Below are positions 37,824 to 47,231 of a stretch of 64,000 nucleotides of DNA, piece after piece. Below the pieces are notes generated by a model. The model was not told the DNA's origin. It was given only the letters and a program-made list of their open reading frames with translations, and ran no database searches. The position numbers were made by a program, and so were the translations under genes. The first letter of the stretch is position 1. Each line of letters opens with the position of its first letter. The stretch is from a virus (taxonomy: Duplodnaviria; Caudoviricetes): positions 64,001 to 128,000 of IMG/VR virus record IMGVR_UViG_3300033066_000778; one strand, written 5' to 3'.

Positions 37824-40115
37824 TTATTTATTTTTTCCAGACTTTTGCTGAGCTTGTAATTGTCTGAGTAACTCTAATTTTTTAGAGTCAACTAGTCTTA
37901 ACTTTTGAAGTGGTTTACCTTCACTATCCCGTGGAATTGGTGCTTTTCCAACAGCCCAACCCTGTTTATTTACTTTAGCTTCTGGTGCTCCGGTTCCCAT
38001 ATCCTGTGTTGAGGCTCTATGACGATCATCAACCGTAGTTGGTTCTCTTAAGCTAGTTGGGTAATATTCACCCATACGATCAAGAGAAGAACGACGGGTC
38101 TTTTCCCCTGCGGAAAGCATAATGTTTACTGGATCTCTTTCTTGGGTTAAACCAGGGGTACTTCTAATACTTTGGTTTTGAGGAAGAAGTCCACCAGGAT
38201 TTCTCTGAACACGAGGGTTACCCGCTTTGTCATCGCGTACTTTAGTCTTTTGTCTTACGGCAGATATACCAGAGAACTTTAATGGTCCTTGCTTCCCTAC
38301 TGCTGATGCTTTTAGGAATCCAGTATCAGTAAAAAGACTATCGACTTCAGAAGCAGGCATTTCCGCACTATATTCAAGTGTATGCCCATGATCTAGTGTG
38401 AATGTTCCTTTTGGAGCAGAAATTCCTCTAGCACTATCTTTAGCTGTCATGGTAACAGCCCAAGGAGGAGCGGTTCTTGTTACACCATTTTTATCTACTT
38501 TTACTGAACTACCAATCCAAGGACGAACGTCTGTCGGAGCAGGAGTTTTTCCAGTAACCTGAAGATTAGGAACAAGTTTTCCTTCTTTATCTTTTACAAG
38601 AGGATTTTCAAGATTAACTTGTTTAATATCTTCTCTTGTTCTATTTCCTCTAGGTTCTATTTCTGGGATGTGTGCAACCGAAGCATTTATATCAAAATGC
38701 TCTTGCATCGCGTTATGTGTATCCCTCGCCAACATAGATGAGTTATTCATCTTGGAATGAGGAATTCTAACTTTAACACGAACGCGGCCATTACCTAGAT
38801 CTTCTTGTTCGATAGCATTACGGTGTGTACCATGCGTTGTTCCACCAGCAATCTCGGAAATCGCAGGGCGGCCACTTTCAGTCTTTACCTCAGCTAGTTC
38901 TCTATGGATATTATCTAATGTTTTTTCTTGGTGATCGAGAGCAGCCTTTACAAGTTGCTTAACATTGAAGTCTGTAGACTGTCCCGATCCATGATGCGCA
39001 ACACCTTTACCACCACGAAGGTCAGCACGATAGGTAGCACCAATGTCTTTTTGCGTTGTGCCTGTGTGTTTCTGTGGTGTTATTTTTGGATCTTGTGGAG
39101 GAAGAAATGGCTCTGTAAAATCAGCAAGAGCATTTTCTTTCTTTTTCCCAACGTAAAGAATGCCAGTTTCAGGATGTTGGGCGATCTTCATACCCTTAGA
39201 GTGTAGATGTGTAATTAACTGTCCATGAAGATCACTGACATACTCGTTATGATCAGCGTTACCAGGAATCTCGTGGATCCCATTTTGACGGAGGTAGCCA
39301 CCGATAAGAGATGATTCCTTATGTTGGGATTTAGCACCTAGCTTCGTTGCACCGTTGTAAACGAGACGAAGCACTCTACCGATTTTTGGTGAAAGTGTTT
39401 TGTGATCACCAGAAATAACAGTAGCAAGAGCGTCGGCACTATCGTGTTTATTCTGCTTTCTATACATATCATGGACACGCTCTAACGAATCACCAACCAT
39501 CTGACCCCAGTGTTCGTCATCTCTGATCCCTCCGGCTTTAACAATTTGTCCGGTTAGGTGCCTACGAACAACGTCGGCAAGCTCCTGTTGTTGGGAGTTA
39601 CTTAACGTTTTAGGAGTTTCCTCATCTTCGTTGATTTGCTTGTGAATCCCGCCATAAAGGTAAAGCTCAGAAAGAATAGGGTTACTCTTCTTAACAACAG
39701 GAGTAGCCGCTACTTCATTAGCTTTAAGTTCATCGAGCTTTACTTTTAAGTCTCTAAGCATATCAGCCTTAGACTGCTGTTGAGGAATGACATCTTCTAG
39801 TAAGAAACTAAAGTCATCCATGTTTATAACGCCTTCTTTCTGATCTTGTGAACCTTTTTTCTTTTTCTTCTTTTTCTTTTTATCTTCTTCTGAATTAGCA
39901 TCAGGAGTCGTTAAACCAAGGAACTTACTTTCGTCAGGAAGCTCCTCTTGTGTATGCATTGTCTCATCATCAAAATTAGAACCATCGGCGGCGAGAGGCT
40001 TGTCGTCACTTCCTAGTAGCTTTCCAGTAACGAGGTCTACTTTAGGACCAATGTACTTTTTTGGATTTGTATCAGTCATATCAGCTGTTTCAACTAATAT
40101 ATTGAAAAGGCGCAT
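37824..40115 (-). CDS. Large His/Gly-rich protein, probable internal head protein
   Basis: ILVE, LLE, INE sites; K9G tract shared with protease. Confidence 0.65.
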   Translation of the reverse strand: MRLFNILVETADMTDTNPKKYIGPKVDLVTGKLLGSDDKPLAADGSNFDDETMHTQEELPDESKFLGLTTPDANSEEDKKKKKKKKKGSQDQKEGVINMDDFSFLLEDVIPQQQSKADMLRDLKVKLDELKANEVAATPVVKKSNPILSELYLYGGIHKQINEDEETPKTLSNSQQQELADVVRRHLTGQIVKAGGIRDDEHWGQMVGDSLERVHDMYRKQNKHDSADALATVISGDHKTLSPKIGRVLRLVYNGATKLGAKSQHKESSLIGGYLRQNGIHEIPGNADHNEYVSDLHGQLITHLHSKGMKIAQHPETGILYVGKKKENALADFTEPFLPPQDPKITPQKHTGTTQKDIGATYRADLRGGKGVAHHGSGQSTDFNVKQLVKAALDHQEKTLDNIHRELAEVKTESGRPAISEIAGGTTHGTHRNAIEQEDLGNGRVRVKVRIPHSKMNNSSMLARDTHNAMQEHFDINASVAHIPEIEPRGNRTREDIKQVNLENPLVKDKEGKLVPNLQVTGKTPAPTDVRPWIGSSVKVDKNGVTRTAPPWAVTMTAKDSARGISAPKGTFTLDHGHTLEYSAEMPASEVDSLFTDTGFLKASAVGKQGPLKFSGISAVRQKTKVRDDKAGNPRVQRNPGGLLPQNQSIRSTPGLTQERDPVNIMLSAGEKTRRSSLDRMGEYYPTSLREPTTVDDRHRASTQDMGTGAPEAKVNKQGWAVGKAPIPRDSEGKPLQKLRLVDSKKLELLRQLQAQQKSGKNK

Positions 40116-40183
40116 AAAAATAGATCTCCATAACAGGAGATCTAAAAGTTGAAAAGCAAATTGTGAAATAATTGAAAGTATAA

Positions 40184-40564
40184 TTACTCAGATGATATTA
40201 AGCTCTCTTTTATAGCTAAAAAGGACTTTATGGTGTACTCTATAGACTTAATCTTTTCAGTCTGTACGCCATACTTCTGAGCTAACCGAGTAATCTCTTG
40301 AGGGGTGTTTTTCTCCTGTAAGGAGTAATACACGTCAAGGTCACGTAAGCAATTAAGCATCGTTTTTGTTTCTGGGATCTTGATTGTTCTTCCAGCAAAG
40401 ACGTAAAGAAAATCAAGTAGTTTTTCAAAGGGGATTAACTCCCCTAATTCTTGAACTAGTTCAAGTTCATTTTCAACGTATGCATAGAAAAGCTGCTTAA
40501 ATTCATCAGTGTTTTTTATGAGCTTATTGTACGGAACGTAATTCGTTAAATTATCGGGGGACAT
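40184..40564 (-). CDS. Mor/C-like transcription activator
   Basis: FAGRTIKIP...RD..VY...LAQKYGV..EKIKSI. Confidence 0.65.
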   Translation of the reverse strand: MSPDNLTNYVPYNKLIKNTDEFKQLFYAYVENELELVQELGELIPFEKLLDFLYVFAGRTIKIPETKTMLNCLRDLDVYYSLQEKNTPQEITRLAQKYGVQTEKIKSIEYTIKSFLAIKESLISSE

Positions 40565-40766
40565 GCTTATTCTCTAAATCAAACATTGGTTTTTCAGTGA
40601 ACATCTTATCTGCTAAAAACCTGTTTTCCTTGGTCATTAGCAAATCATGTCCTTTACAGTCTGGTTTAGCTGTTAGCTCAACACAAAAAGGACAGTAAAG
40701 TTCCATTCGACAGGCAGTACACAGATTCTTTTCTTTCAGTTTCTTACCACAGTTATAACATTCCAT
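40551..40766 (-). CDS. Small Cys-rich Zn-binding protein
   Basis: CYNC, CTAC, CPFC; start refined to MECY. Confidence 0.65.
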   Translation of the reverse strand: MECYNCGKKLKEKNLCTACRMELYCPFCVELTAKPDCKGHDLLMTKENRFLADKMFTEKPMFDLENKHVPR

Positions 40767-40777
40767 CAAGAAGCTCC

Positions 40778-40812
40778 AAAACAAAAATGGGAGTTAACAA
40801 TGTAACTCCCAT
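40778..40812 (-). terminator. Intrinsic terminator overlapping a transcription start
   Basis: ATGGGAGTTA/TAACTCCCAT then TTTTGTTTT. Confidence 0.75.
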
Positions 40813-40841
40813 ATTATATGTTGTTTACCCTAACTTGTCAA
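40813..40841 (-). promoter_or_regulatory. Perfect sigma70 promoter TTGACA-N17-TATAAT
   Basis: Exact consensus upstream of Zn protein and Mor-like gene. Confidence 0.88.
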
Positions 40842-41033
40842 CTAATTGATCGGATGCTTACCTTTTACCTTCTTTACTCGATATCGTTTACTCACGGGTA
40901 AGAGACGGAGAACTTCTTTTGGAACCAACTCATTAAGGTCTTCAACCTCTTTAATCAGTTCCTTCTTGTTGTTCTTTAATGTCGTTGGTAGTTCTTCCCA
41001 CTTGCCTTTGTCCCATACCTCGATGATGTACAT
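40842..41033 (-). CDS. Hypothetical protein
   Basis: ORF in operon. Confidence 0.65.
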   Translation of the reverse strand: MYIIEVWDKGKWEELPTTLKNNKKELIKEVEDLNELVPKEVLRLLPVSKRYRVKKVKGKHPIN

Positions 41034-41053
41034 TTAGATCATTCTATCCTTTC

Positions 41054-41323
41054 TTAGCCTCGTGTGCTCTCTAATAGTAGTTGCGTTTTTTGTTCATTAT
41101 TGTTTAAGAGTAGTGAAATATCAACGCAATTCACATTTGCTGCAACGGCATTCCAAATCTTTTCAAGCAAAGTCATAGCCTCTTTCTTGGAAGACAGCTT
41201 AAGATTCTCCTCTCCCTTTACCAGAGAGAACCGAAGTCCTGATCCATCTCCGTATGTCTCAACTTGAATACGGACCAGATTCTCCGTATTGATAATCGTA
41301 CCGTCAAGGAAGCGAATAAACAT
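41054..41323 (-). CDS. Hypothetical protein
   Basis: AGGAG RBS. Confidence 0.7.
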   Translation of the reverse strand: MFIRFLDGTIINTENLVRIQVETYGDGSGLRFSLVKGEENLKLSSKKEAMTLLEKIWNAVAANVNCVDISLLLNNNEQKTQLLLESTRG

Positions 41324-41506
41324 TTACGTTGACTCCTTAGTTTCTTCATTTTCTAAGTCAATGAGCTTGCATGACTGTTGAGAGAGGATGTCATTTAGTA
41401 ACTTTAGCCTTGCGTCAGGGTCCAAACCACCGATAAGCCCATGGATCCTAAGAGTATCATAGAGAATCTGGTAAAGGAGCAAGGCTTGATGAGAACTAAT
41501 CTTCAT
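41324..41506 (-). CDS. Hypothetical protein
   Basis: ATGA overlap with thyX stop. Confidence 0.6.
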   Translation of the reverse strand: MKISSHQALLLYQILYDTLRIHGLIGGLDPDARLKLLNDILSQQSCKLIDLENEETKEST

Positions 41507-42186
41507 ATCTTTGAGCCCATAAGGGCTTCCCAAGAAACTGGAGCAACTGTACGAACCAAAGCCGAAATCGCATCAGCGTAATCTTGACTCTCTTTTTGAG
41601 CCGTAGGTGCTGCCCTATGATTTACGATACGAGCGTAAGCGTAAAGAGAACCAGTTTCAATAAACTCGGTATAAGTTGAAACAGGAAGAACCATACGCGC
41701 TTGTTCGGGACAGACATCCTCTTCCAGAAGTCTAAGGTATAGATCCCTTGCTTCGGTGTAGAAGTCCTTAATCCGGTACTTTAGGTACGTATAGTCCTCT
41801 TCATGTAGGACACGATCTGACGACCCTTGTTTCTTATCTGATGCAGCGTGTCTTAGACTAGAAGGAAGATGAAACTCTGGATCGTCTGTAACGTAGCGAC
41901 GTGAAATCTCATTACGTGAAAGACCGACCTGATGCTTAAAGTATTGACGAGCTACGAAAAAAGGCATTTTAATACGAAGCTGGATTTGTACATGGGTGAA
42001 AGGAGAGAAGTGCGGGGGTTGACTTTGCGCTAGGTAGTTAACCAGTGACCTATCCTTCATATCAAAGATTTCTTTGTGCTTGTTGAAGGATACCCTTGCG
42101 GCATTCACAACCGAAAGGTCATTACCCATGCTGTCAATGAGACTTACGAAACCCTTATCTAATACGTAAATGGTAGGAGGGTTCAT
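41503..42186 (-). CDS. thyX: Flavin-dependent thymidylate synthase
   Basis: VNAARVSF, H.SPF, FVARQ..KH, NEISRRYV, EQARMVLP. Confidence 0.95.
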   Translation of the reverse strand: MNPPTIYVLDKGFVSLIDSMGNDLSVVNAARVSFNKHKEIFDMKDRSLVNYLAQSQPPHFSPFTHVQIQLRIKMPFFVARQYFKHQVGLSRNEISRRYVTDDPEFHLPSSLRHAASDKKQGSSDRVLHEEDYTYLKYRIKDFYTEARDLYLRLLEEDVCPEQARMVLPVSTYTEFIETGSLYAYARIVNHRAAPTAQKESQDYADAISALVRTVAPVSWEALMGSKI

Positions 42187-42638
42187 TTCTCATCCATCTT
42201 ATGAAGTCCGTGATTAAGACTATCGGGCTTAGGACCAAGGGTTACAACGTAAGCGAGGATACGATTAAGAAGCCGAAGACGATTCTGGAACAATGAACGC
42301 TGCTCTTCAGTGAAAGTAACCTTCTGAATGAACTTGGCTAGAATCCTGTACGTATTGTTCATTACGTTTGTTAGCTGTTCAGCCGTAATGTCTTCGCTTT
42401 CACAATAACGATGTACACCCTTGCATGTACCAGTACACCAAACGTAATGCATGGCATCAAGATCTAGATTCTTCTTATGGGCTGCTTCCTGTGAGATCTT
42501 GAGTTGACGACGAAGCTCTCTATTCTGTTCTTTCAGTTGTTTAACTTCGTTCTTGTAATAGTTCTCAACTTTACTCATCTTGTAAACCAGATTACTATAG
42601 TTTACAAGTAGCGCCCAGTATTTATCCAACGTCCTCAT
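42183..42638 (-). CDS. Hypothetical protein
   Basis: Coupled ORF. Confidence 0.7.
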   Translation of the reverse strand: MRTLDKYWALLVNYSNLVYKMSKVENYYKNEVKQLKEQNRELRRQLKISQEAAHKKNLDLDAMHYVWCTGTCKGVHRYCESEDITAEQLTNVMNNTYRILAKFIQKVTFTEEQRSLFQNRLRLLNRILAYVVTLGPKPDSLNHGLHKMDEK

Positions 42639-42895
42639 TTACCAACCTTCTTTCCATCAATAGTTGCCTCAAGACTTAGTTCGGCTCCAAAGAACGTATT
42701 GGACCCGAGTTCTTTCCAAGAGGTTCCGTCATCTGAGTATAGGACAAGTACTTTAAAATAGCCTTGCTTTGGCTTTTCAACTGGAGCTTCCTTTACAGGT
42801 ACAGTTGGCGTTGGGTTTACTTTACCTTTAGCCTGTACTCCAAAGAGAAGTCCGATACAAAGTGGAATGGTGGCGAAACTTAGTTTACTGAGCAT
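42635..42895 (-). CDS. Exported hypothetical protein
   Basis: Signal peptide-like N-terminus. Confidence 0.65.
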   Translation of the reverse strand: MLSKLSFATIPLCIGLLFGVQAKGKVNPTPTVPVKEAPVEKPKQGYFKVLVLYSDDGTSWKELGSNTFFGAELSLEATIDGKKVGK

Positions 42896-43023
42896 CTTGC
42901 CTCACTATATAATGTCTGATAGCCATGTTACCAGCCATGAGAAGTACTGTTACGACTGCGTAGAAAAGGCTACCTTGAACTATATCGGAAATGAAGACGG
43001 CAAGGTTAAATCCTTGCGTTACA

Positions 43024-43284
43024 TCAAGAAGCTGTATTGAGTTCTGTGTACGAGTCATCATTATTCAACTTTAGAGCGGGCTTACTGAAGGCAAGGAGCA
43101 TTTCCGTGAGTTCCTTCTTCATTGTTTCTGGAGAGAAGTAAACGTCGAATGGAACGTCCCATTGTCCGTTCGGTAGTTTAATTCCGATGAAGTACTCAGT
43201 ATTTCCGTCAATTCCATCTGGATCAATAATGATTCGGTAGTCGTTTGTTTCAGTCGTGTTGCTCATTTGGTTCCCTTTCGACAT
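43024..43284 (-). CDS. Hypothetical protein
   Basis: Overlapping operon ORF. Confidence 0.6.
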   Translation of the reverse strand: MSKGNQMSNTTETNDYRIIIDPDGIDGNTEYFIGIKLPNGQWDVPFDVYFSPETMKKELTEMLLAFSKPALKLNNDDSYTELNTAS

Positions 43285-43489
43285 TCTGTGTGTTTGCCTT
43301 GTGCCAGTCCCAAGCTTCCTTGAAGCACTCTAGGTAATCTGGTCCCTTACTGATGAAAGGTCCAGCTATTTGTTTACTAACGTTATCTTTCTTGTTTAAC
43401 GTAAGATAGTATTTAAGGTTGTTGAATCGTGTACCACTGACGAGGTCAATGGCGTAGATACTCGTAACCCTTGAAATCAGATCTTTCAC
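43250..43489 (-). CDS. Hypothetical protein
   Basis: AGGAGG RBS, GTG start. Confidence 0.65.
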   Translation of the reverse strand: MKDLISRVTSIYAIDLVSGTRFNNLKYYLTLNKKDNVSKQIAGPFISKGPDYLECFKEAWDWHKANTQNVEREPNEQHD

Positions 43490-43516
43490 GCTTATATTTA
43501 CCTCCTAGGATAATAT

Positions 43517-43693
43517 ATGACAAAAGAAGAACTTGACAAGCTCCTGAAGCTAATAAATGAGAACCCAACTGAAATTCAACTACCAAAGATTGATGATAAA
43601 AAACTACTTGATACTTATCAGGTTGGATTCTTAAACGGTTACGCTAACCTGAGAATGAAGATCAAAAGGCTGTTCATCCCACAAGGTGGTTGA
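43517..43693 (+). CDS. 58-aa hypothetical protein (not in ORF track)
   Basis: AGGA RBS; MTKEELDKLLKLINENPTEIQLPKID...FIPQGG*. Confidence 0.6.
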   Translation: MTKEELDKLLKLINENPTEIQLPKIDDKKLLDTYQVGFLNGYANLRMKIKRLFIPQGG

Positions 43694-43721
43694 TGCCATA
43701 ACTAAGCTATAGTTTATAGCT

Positions 43722-44114
43722 TTAGAACGGAACCAGATACTGATCTAGTTGTTCTGGAATTTCGTAAGTTTCTGGCCTAAGTAACAGTAGCGTTAAGCAA
43801 TTATCCGAACATACAGTACGAAGAACATAAGTATTCGCCTGTTGCCACTCTGTTCCCTTAACATGGAAATATACAAAGTGAACTAGATCTGGATACGGTG
43901 GATCTTTGTAGTAATACTCTTTTTTAGGTCCGTCACAAATACAACAACCAGCAAAAGTACATAGTGATGATGTTAGTAATACGCCGTTATCGTTGTAAAC
44001 ACTGATACCAATTTCTTCTACTTCAATTGGTAACAGGTCTAGCCTTAGTACATATCTACCCTTACTTGGGGCTAGGTCATCCAAGGCTAATACAAGAGAG
44101 AAATTACTTTTCAT
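43722..44114 (-). CDS. Zn-finger array member 22
   Basis: CCIC...VCSDNCLTLLLLR. Confidence 0.8.
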   Translation of the reverse strand: MKSNFSLVLALDDLAPSKGRYVLRLDLLPIEVEEIGISVYNDNGVLLTSSLCTFAGCCICDGPKKEYYYKDPPYPDLVHFVYFHVKGTEWQQANTYVLRTVCSDNCLTLLLLRPETYEIPEQLDQYLVPF

Positions 44115-44536
44115 TTAACGTCATTCATAAAGTTTATTAGACTATCTTTCCAAAGAAACTTTACCTTTGGGTATTCTGGCGTAACACTTTCAACCAAACA
44201 AAATAAATCCAGACATTGTTTATTACAGAATGTAAAAATTCTTTGCCAGTGACTATGTGTTGAATAAAGCTCTAAATTAGCCATATTTATGTTGCTTACA
44301 GAGACGTAAACATAGAGCTTCTTCCGGTGGTATCCAAGGTCATGACGGTTTTGGTCACAGCCCTTGCAAAACTCCCAAGGAACACGACCCCGTCCTTCAA
44401 CATAGATGCAGTCCCCTATAGCTGACTGGATTTCGTCTATGCTTTCGATTTTTTCGAATGTATAGCTGTACGTACCCGGCGAGAAAGGTGCAAAAGGCAT
44501 AGGACCAAGATGCTTCCGTAGAGGAAAAAAGATCAA
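44111..44536 (-). CDS. Zn-finger array member 21
   Basis: CKGC...FCNKQCLDLFCL. Confidence 0.8.
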   Translation of the reverse strand: MIFFPLRKHLGPMPFAPFSPGTYSYTFEKIESIDEIQSAIGDCIYVEGRGRVPWEFCKGCDQNRHDLGYHRKKLYVYVSVSNINMANLELYSTHSHWQRIFTFCNKQCLDLFCLVESVTPEYPKVKFLWKDSLINFMNDVK

Positions 44537-44835
44537 GGGATAGATGTTGGAATAATTTGATCATCTTCGCGGAGGAGCCAAAGGTTCTTACACTGTTCGG
44601 AGCAAAAGTAGAGATTAAGATTAGACACCAAAGCGTCATTAAAAGAAACAACAATAACACTTGAACTACTAACATGCTCTTTTTCACAAAAACAGCAGCT
44701 AACTTCGTGATCTAAAGCTGTAGTGAATACTTTGTTAATAACAATTTTATTATTGTTATTTCTATAAAAAGCAAGGTAACGCTGTATAGTCTTATGCTCG
44801 GCTTCAACGCGATTGATTGTTTTTGTCTCAGGCAT
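44533..44835 (-). CDS. Zn-finger array member 20
   Basis: CCFC...FCSEQCKNLWLLR; start refined. Confidence 0.8.
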   Translation of the reverse strand: MPETKTINRVEAEHKTIQRYLAFYRNNNNKIVINKVFTTALDHEVSCCFCEKEHVSSSSVIVVSFNDALVSNLNLYFCSEQCKNLWLLREDDQIIPTSIP

Positions 44836-45247
44836 CTTTGTCACACTCGCGTAATGCCCTAGCATCTGAAAGAGCATTATGTGGGATTTTGGAAGAAAAA
44901 CAAGATAACCGGCTATCTACTCTGAAGGTAAGAATAGGTGTATGTAGTTCCATCCTTATGCCAGGACCAGTTATAAGGGCATTACAGAAAAGCTTGATAT
45001 CTTCAGGCCAATCAGCAATGATCGTAATCTCCCAAAACTGCCTGAGAAACTTATTGAGCTTTTCCTGAAACTTCTTGTACGTTATGGGCTTTTTATTCAA
45101 GATTGGTATTACGTTGTCTTTAACCCAAGGAACTGGACTTCGGCAAGCTAAAACCTCATAAAACTCTTCACCAGTTTCAGCCACCAAAGCCATGGAGATT
45201 AGTTTCCCGTTGAAGCCATTAAATTCTGTATCAATATAAATGTTCAT
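44828..45247 (-). CDS. DEDDh 3'-5' exonuclease (RNase AS/DUF5051-like)
   Basis: IYIDTEF, LISMALV, ADWPED, HNALSDA. Confidence 0.85.
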   Translation of the reverse strand: MNIYIDTEFNGFNGKLISMALVAETGEEFYEVLACRSPVPWVKDNVIPILNKKPITYKKFQEKLNKFLRQFWEITIIADWPEDIKLFCNALITGPGIRMELHTPILTFRVDSRLSCFSSKIPHNALSDARALRECDKDA

Positions 45248-45639
45248 TTCTTCCTCTTACTCCTTGTCGTTCTTCCAATAACCGCTGTGTACATCCAGTA
45301 TGGTAGATTAAATGGTACGATCTGGTCACCGATCTTAATCGTTGGGTATATCCCTCTAACAGTACTGTAAAGTAGATCTACCTCTATATCTTCTTTTATC
45401 GTGTATCGTAAACAAAACATGTCGTAGCATGGTAAGGAGCAAAAAGTGGTACAAATACCGAAGTCATTATATACCGTGTAGAAACCTCGTTTTGTCTTTA
45501 TCTGTTTTTCACACATATTACAGTTAAAACTAAGTTCAAGACTATTCTCTTTGCACCTTACTATATCACGAGTAGGAAACTCCAAAAACGCATCGTACCT
45601 CGTAGGTGGGATAACCTGTTGCCAGCCAAGTGGTATCAT
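45244..45639 (-). CDS. Zn-finger array member 19
   Basis: CNMC...FCSLPCYDMFCLR. Confidence 0.8.
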   Translation of the reverse strand: MIPLGWQQVIPPTRYDAFLEFPTRDIVRCKENSLELSFNCNMCEKQIKTKRGFYTVYNDFGICTTFCSLPCYDMFCLRYTIKEDIEVDLLYSTVRGIYPTIKIGDQIVPFNLPYWMYTAVIGRTTRSKRKK

Positions 45640-45860
45640 GCGTAGTCATCCATAAATATTCTGCCATACCGGATCAAATGCAAGGACATACATTGAATAC
45701 TACAAAAATAACAGGCTGGATAGGTGCCGTCTATGTAAAAGCAAGTATAGCTGTTTGGATAATGATTCATTATAATATCAATGATCTCTGGGTCTACAGC
45801 ACAACTAATACTTAGTACTGTCCTATTATCTACTTCAGAACTACAACAAAGACAAAGCAT
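45636..45860 (-). CDS. Zn-finger array member 18
   Basis: CLCC...FCSIQCMSLHLIR. Confidence 0.8.
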   Translation of the reverse strand: MLCLCCSSEVDNRTVLSISCAVDPEIIDIIMNHYPNSYTCFYIDGTYPACYFCSIQCMSLHLIRYGRIFMDDYA

Positions 45861-45861
45861 C

Positions 45862-46083
45862 TTAACCTTCTCTCAAGATAAGGATGCGCTCACACTCTTC
45901 TGAGCATACAGCAACGGTAATTTTCTGTTTTAGGGATTTGTGTAATTGCATGGCTAAGGGAGACGTTGGCCTATACGTAATCTGCATGTACCTACCATTT
46001 TTAGACTCTAGCTTACTTTCACAAACATGGCAATGAAAGGTAAAAACAATGTTATCTTTATCGCCGCCTAGAGTAAATGACAT
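45862..46083 (-). CDS. Zn-finger array member 17
   Basis: CHVC...VCSEECERILILREG. Confidence 0.8.
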   Translation of the reverse strand: MSFTLGGDKDNIVFTFHCHVCESKLESKNGRYMQITYRPTSPLAMQLHKSLKQKITVAVCSEECERILILREG

Positions 46084-46352
46084 TAGCCTTTCCTCAAATC
46101 ATAAATACCCAAACAAGCGTCTGAGCAAATGTATATGAGGGAACTTGTTGACGACCAAGTAACATAAGTATCTGAGGATAACCGGACGTAGCACTTATTC
46201 GTACCTATGTCCTCATTACAAACCCCACAGTAAATCTTTAAGGTCATCTTTACGTTATCTTTTTGAATGTCAATAATAGAACCGTAGTTATCCGCTATAT
46301 TACTAGTTTTAGCCCAATTGAGCTTGTAATCGTCTTCGTTAGTTATTGGCAT
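46083..46352 (-). CDS. Zn-finger array member 16
   Basis: CGVC...ICSDACLGIYDLRKG. Confidence 0.8.
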   Translation of the reverse strand: MPITNEDDYKLNWAKTSNIADNYGSIIDIQKDNVKMTLKIYCGVCNEDIGTNKCYVRLSSDTYVTWSSTSSLIYICSDACLGIYDLRKG

Positions 46353-46603
46353 CAGTCATGTCCTTCTCGTAGGATAAACAACTCTAAACAACGGTCAGAA
46401 CAGATGTACACGTTACAGGATACCGTATAGCCATATTCTCCGTAAAGCGGAACATGAGTATCTGTTGATACACGACTATAGTATGTACTATCAAAGTCTA
46501 CCATTAAACCACAAACATCACAGACATGATTAACATAATACGTGAAAGACTGATTACCAGGAGGTAATGTAACAACGAGGTTATTATCCACGGCTGAGTT
46601 CAT
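46352..46603 (-). CDS. Zn-finger array member 15
   Basis: CDVC...ICSDRCLELFILREG. Confidence 0.8.
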   Translation of the reverse strand: MNSAVDNNLVVTLPPGNQSFTYYVNHVCDVCGLMVDFDSTYYSRVSTDTHVPLYGEYGYTVSCNVYICSDRCLELFILREGHD

Positions 46604-46775
46604 AAAGCTCCTTACACCGATCTGAGCAAAAGTAAATAAAAGTCTCGTAGCGAGGGGGTTTAGCTTGCACTTGCATATGCAAAGTACACAAAACCTGATT
46701 TATCGTCTTAACAGGGTTACCACACTGGAAACAAGGAGTTTCACTGATTAACGACGTATAAAAGAAGTGGATCAT
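46584..46775 (-). CDS. Zn-finger array member 14
   Basis: CFQC...FCSDRCKELYELSRG. Confidence 0.8.
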   Translation of the reverse strand: MIHFFYTSLISETPCFQCGNPVKTINQVLCTLHMQVQAKPPRYETFIYFCSDRCKELYELSRG

Positions 46776-47044
46776 ACACTCTCATTTGTATACGGTTCGT
46801 AAAACAGAGGCTTTAATACTATACCCTGTTCTACACTAAACATATCCAAACATACGTCAGAGCAAATATAACTTGGTTTAACAAAGTCTGTCTCAGAAAT
46901 AATGTGTACAGTATGTACCCATCCGCTCGTTGTTATCTTGGTTTTACAGACATAACAATACGTATCCAAAGGTAATAGTCCTATCTCTAAAGATAATAGT
47001 CCTATCTTTATAGAGTATCCCTGGCAATAGAATCTATCGGGCAT
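46772..47044 (-). CDS. Zn-finger array member 13
   Basis: CYVC...ICSDVCLDMF. Confidence 0.8.
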   Translation of the reverse strand: MPDRFYCQGYSIKIGLLSLEIGLLPLDTYCYVCKTKITTSGWVHTVHIISETDFVKPSYICSDVCLDMFSVEQGIVLKPLFYEPYTNESV

Positions 47045-47045
47045 T

Positions 47046-47231
47046 TTATACCCTCAGCATTTGTATGTTCATACACTCTTCTGAACAACAGTAATAGTAA
47101 TGTTCATAATATTGACTTCTTCGCTCTATTACTAAATAACAAATCATATCTTTTTCTACTTGTGTATCACATACTGGACAAGACATAGACCCAAACGGTG
47201 ATTTCGCTCTTCCAGTGGATACAATACTCAT
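47046..47231 (-). CDS. Zn-finger array member 12
   Basis: CPVC...CCSEECMNIQMLR. Confidence 0.8.
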   Translation of the reverse strand: MSIVSTGRAKSPFGSMSCPVCDTQVEKDMICYLVIERRSQYYEHYYYCCSEECMNIQMLRV

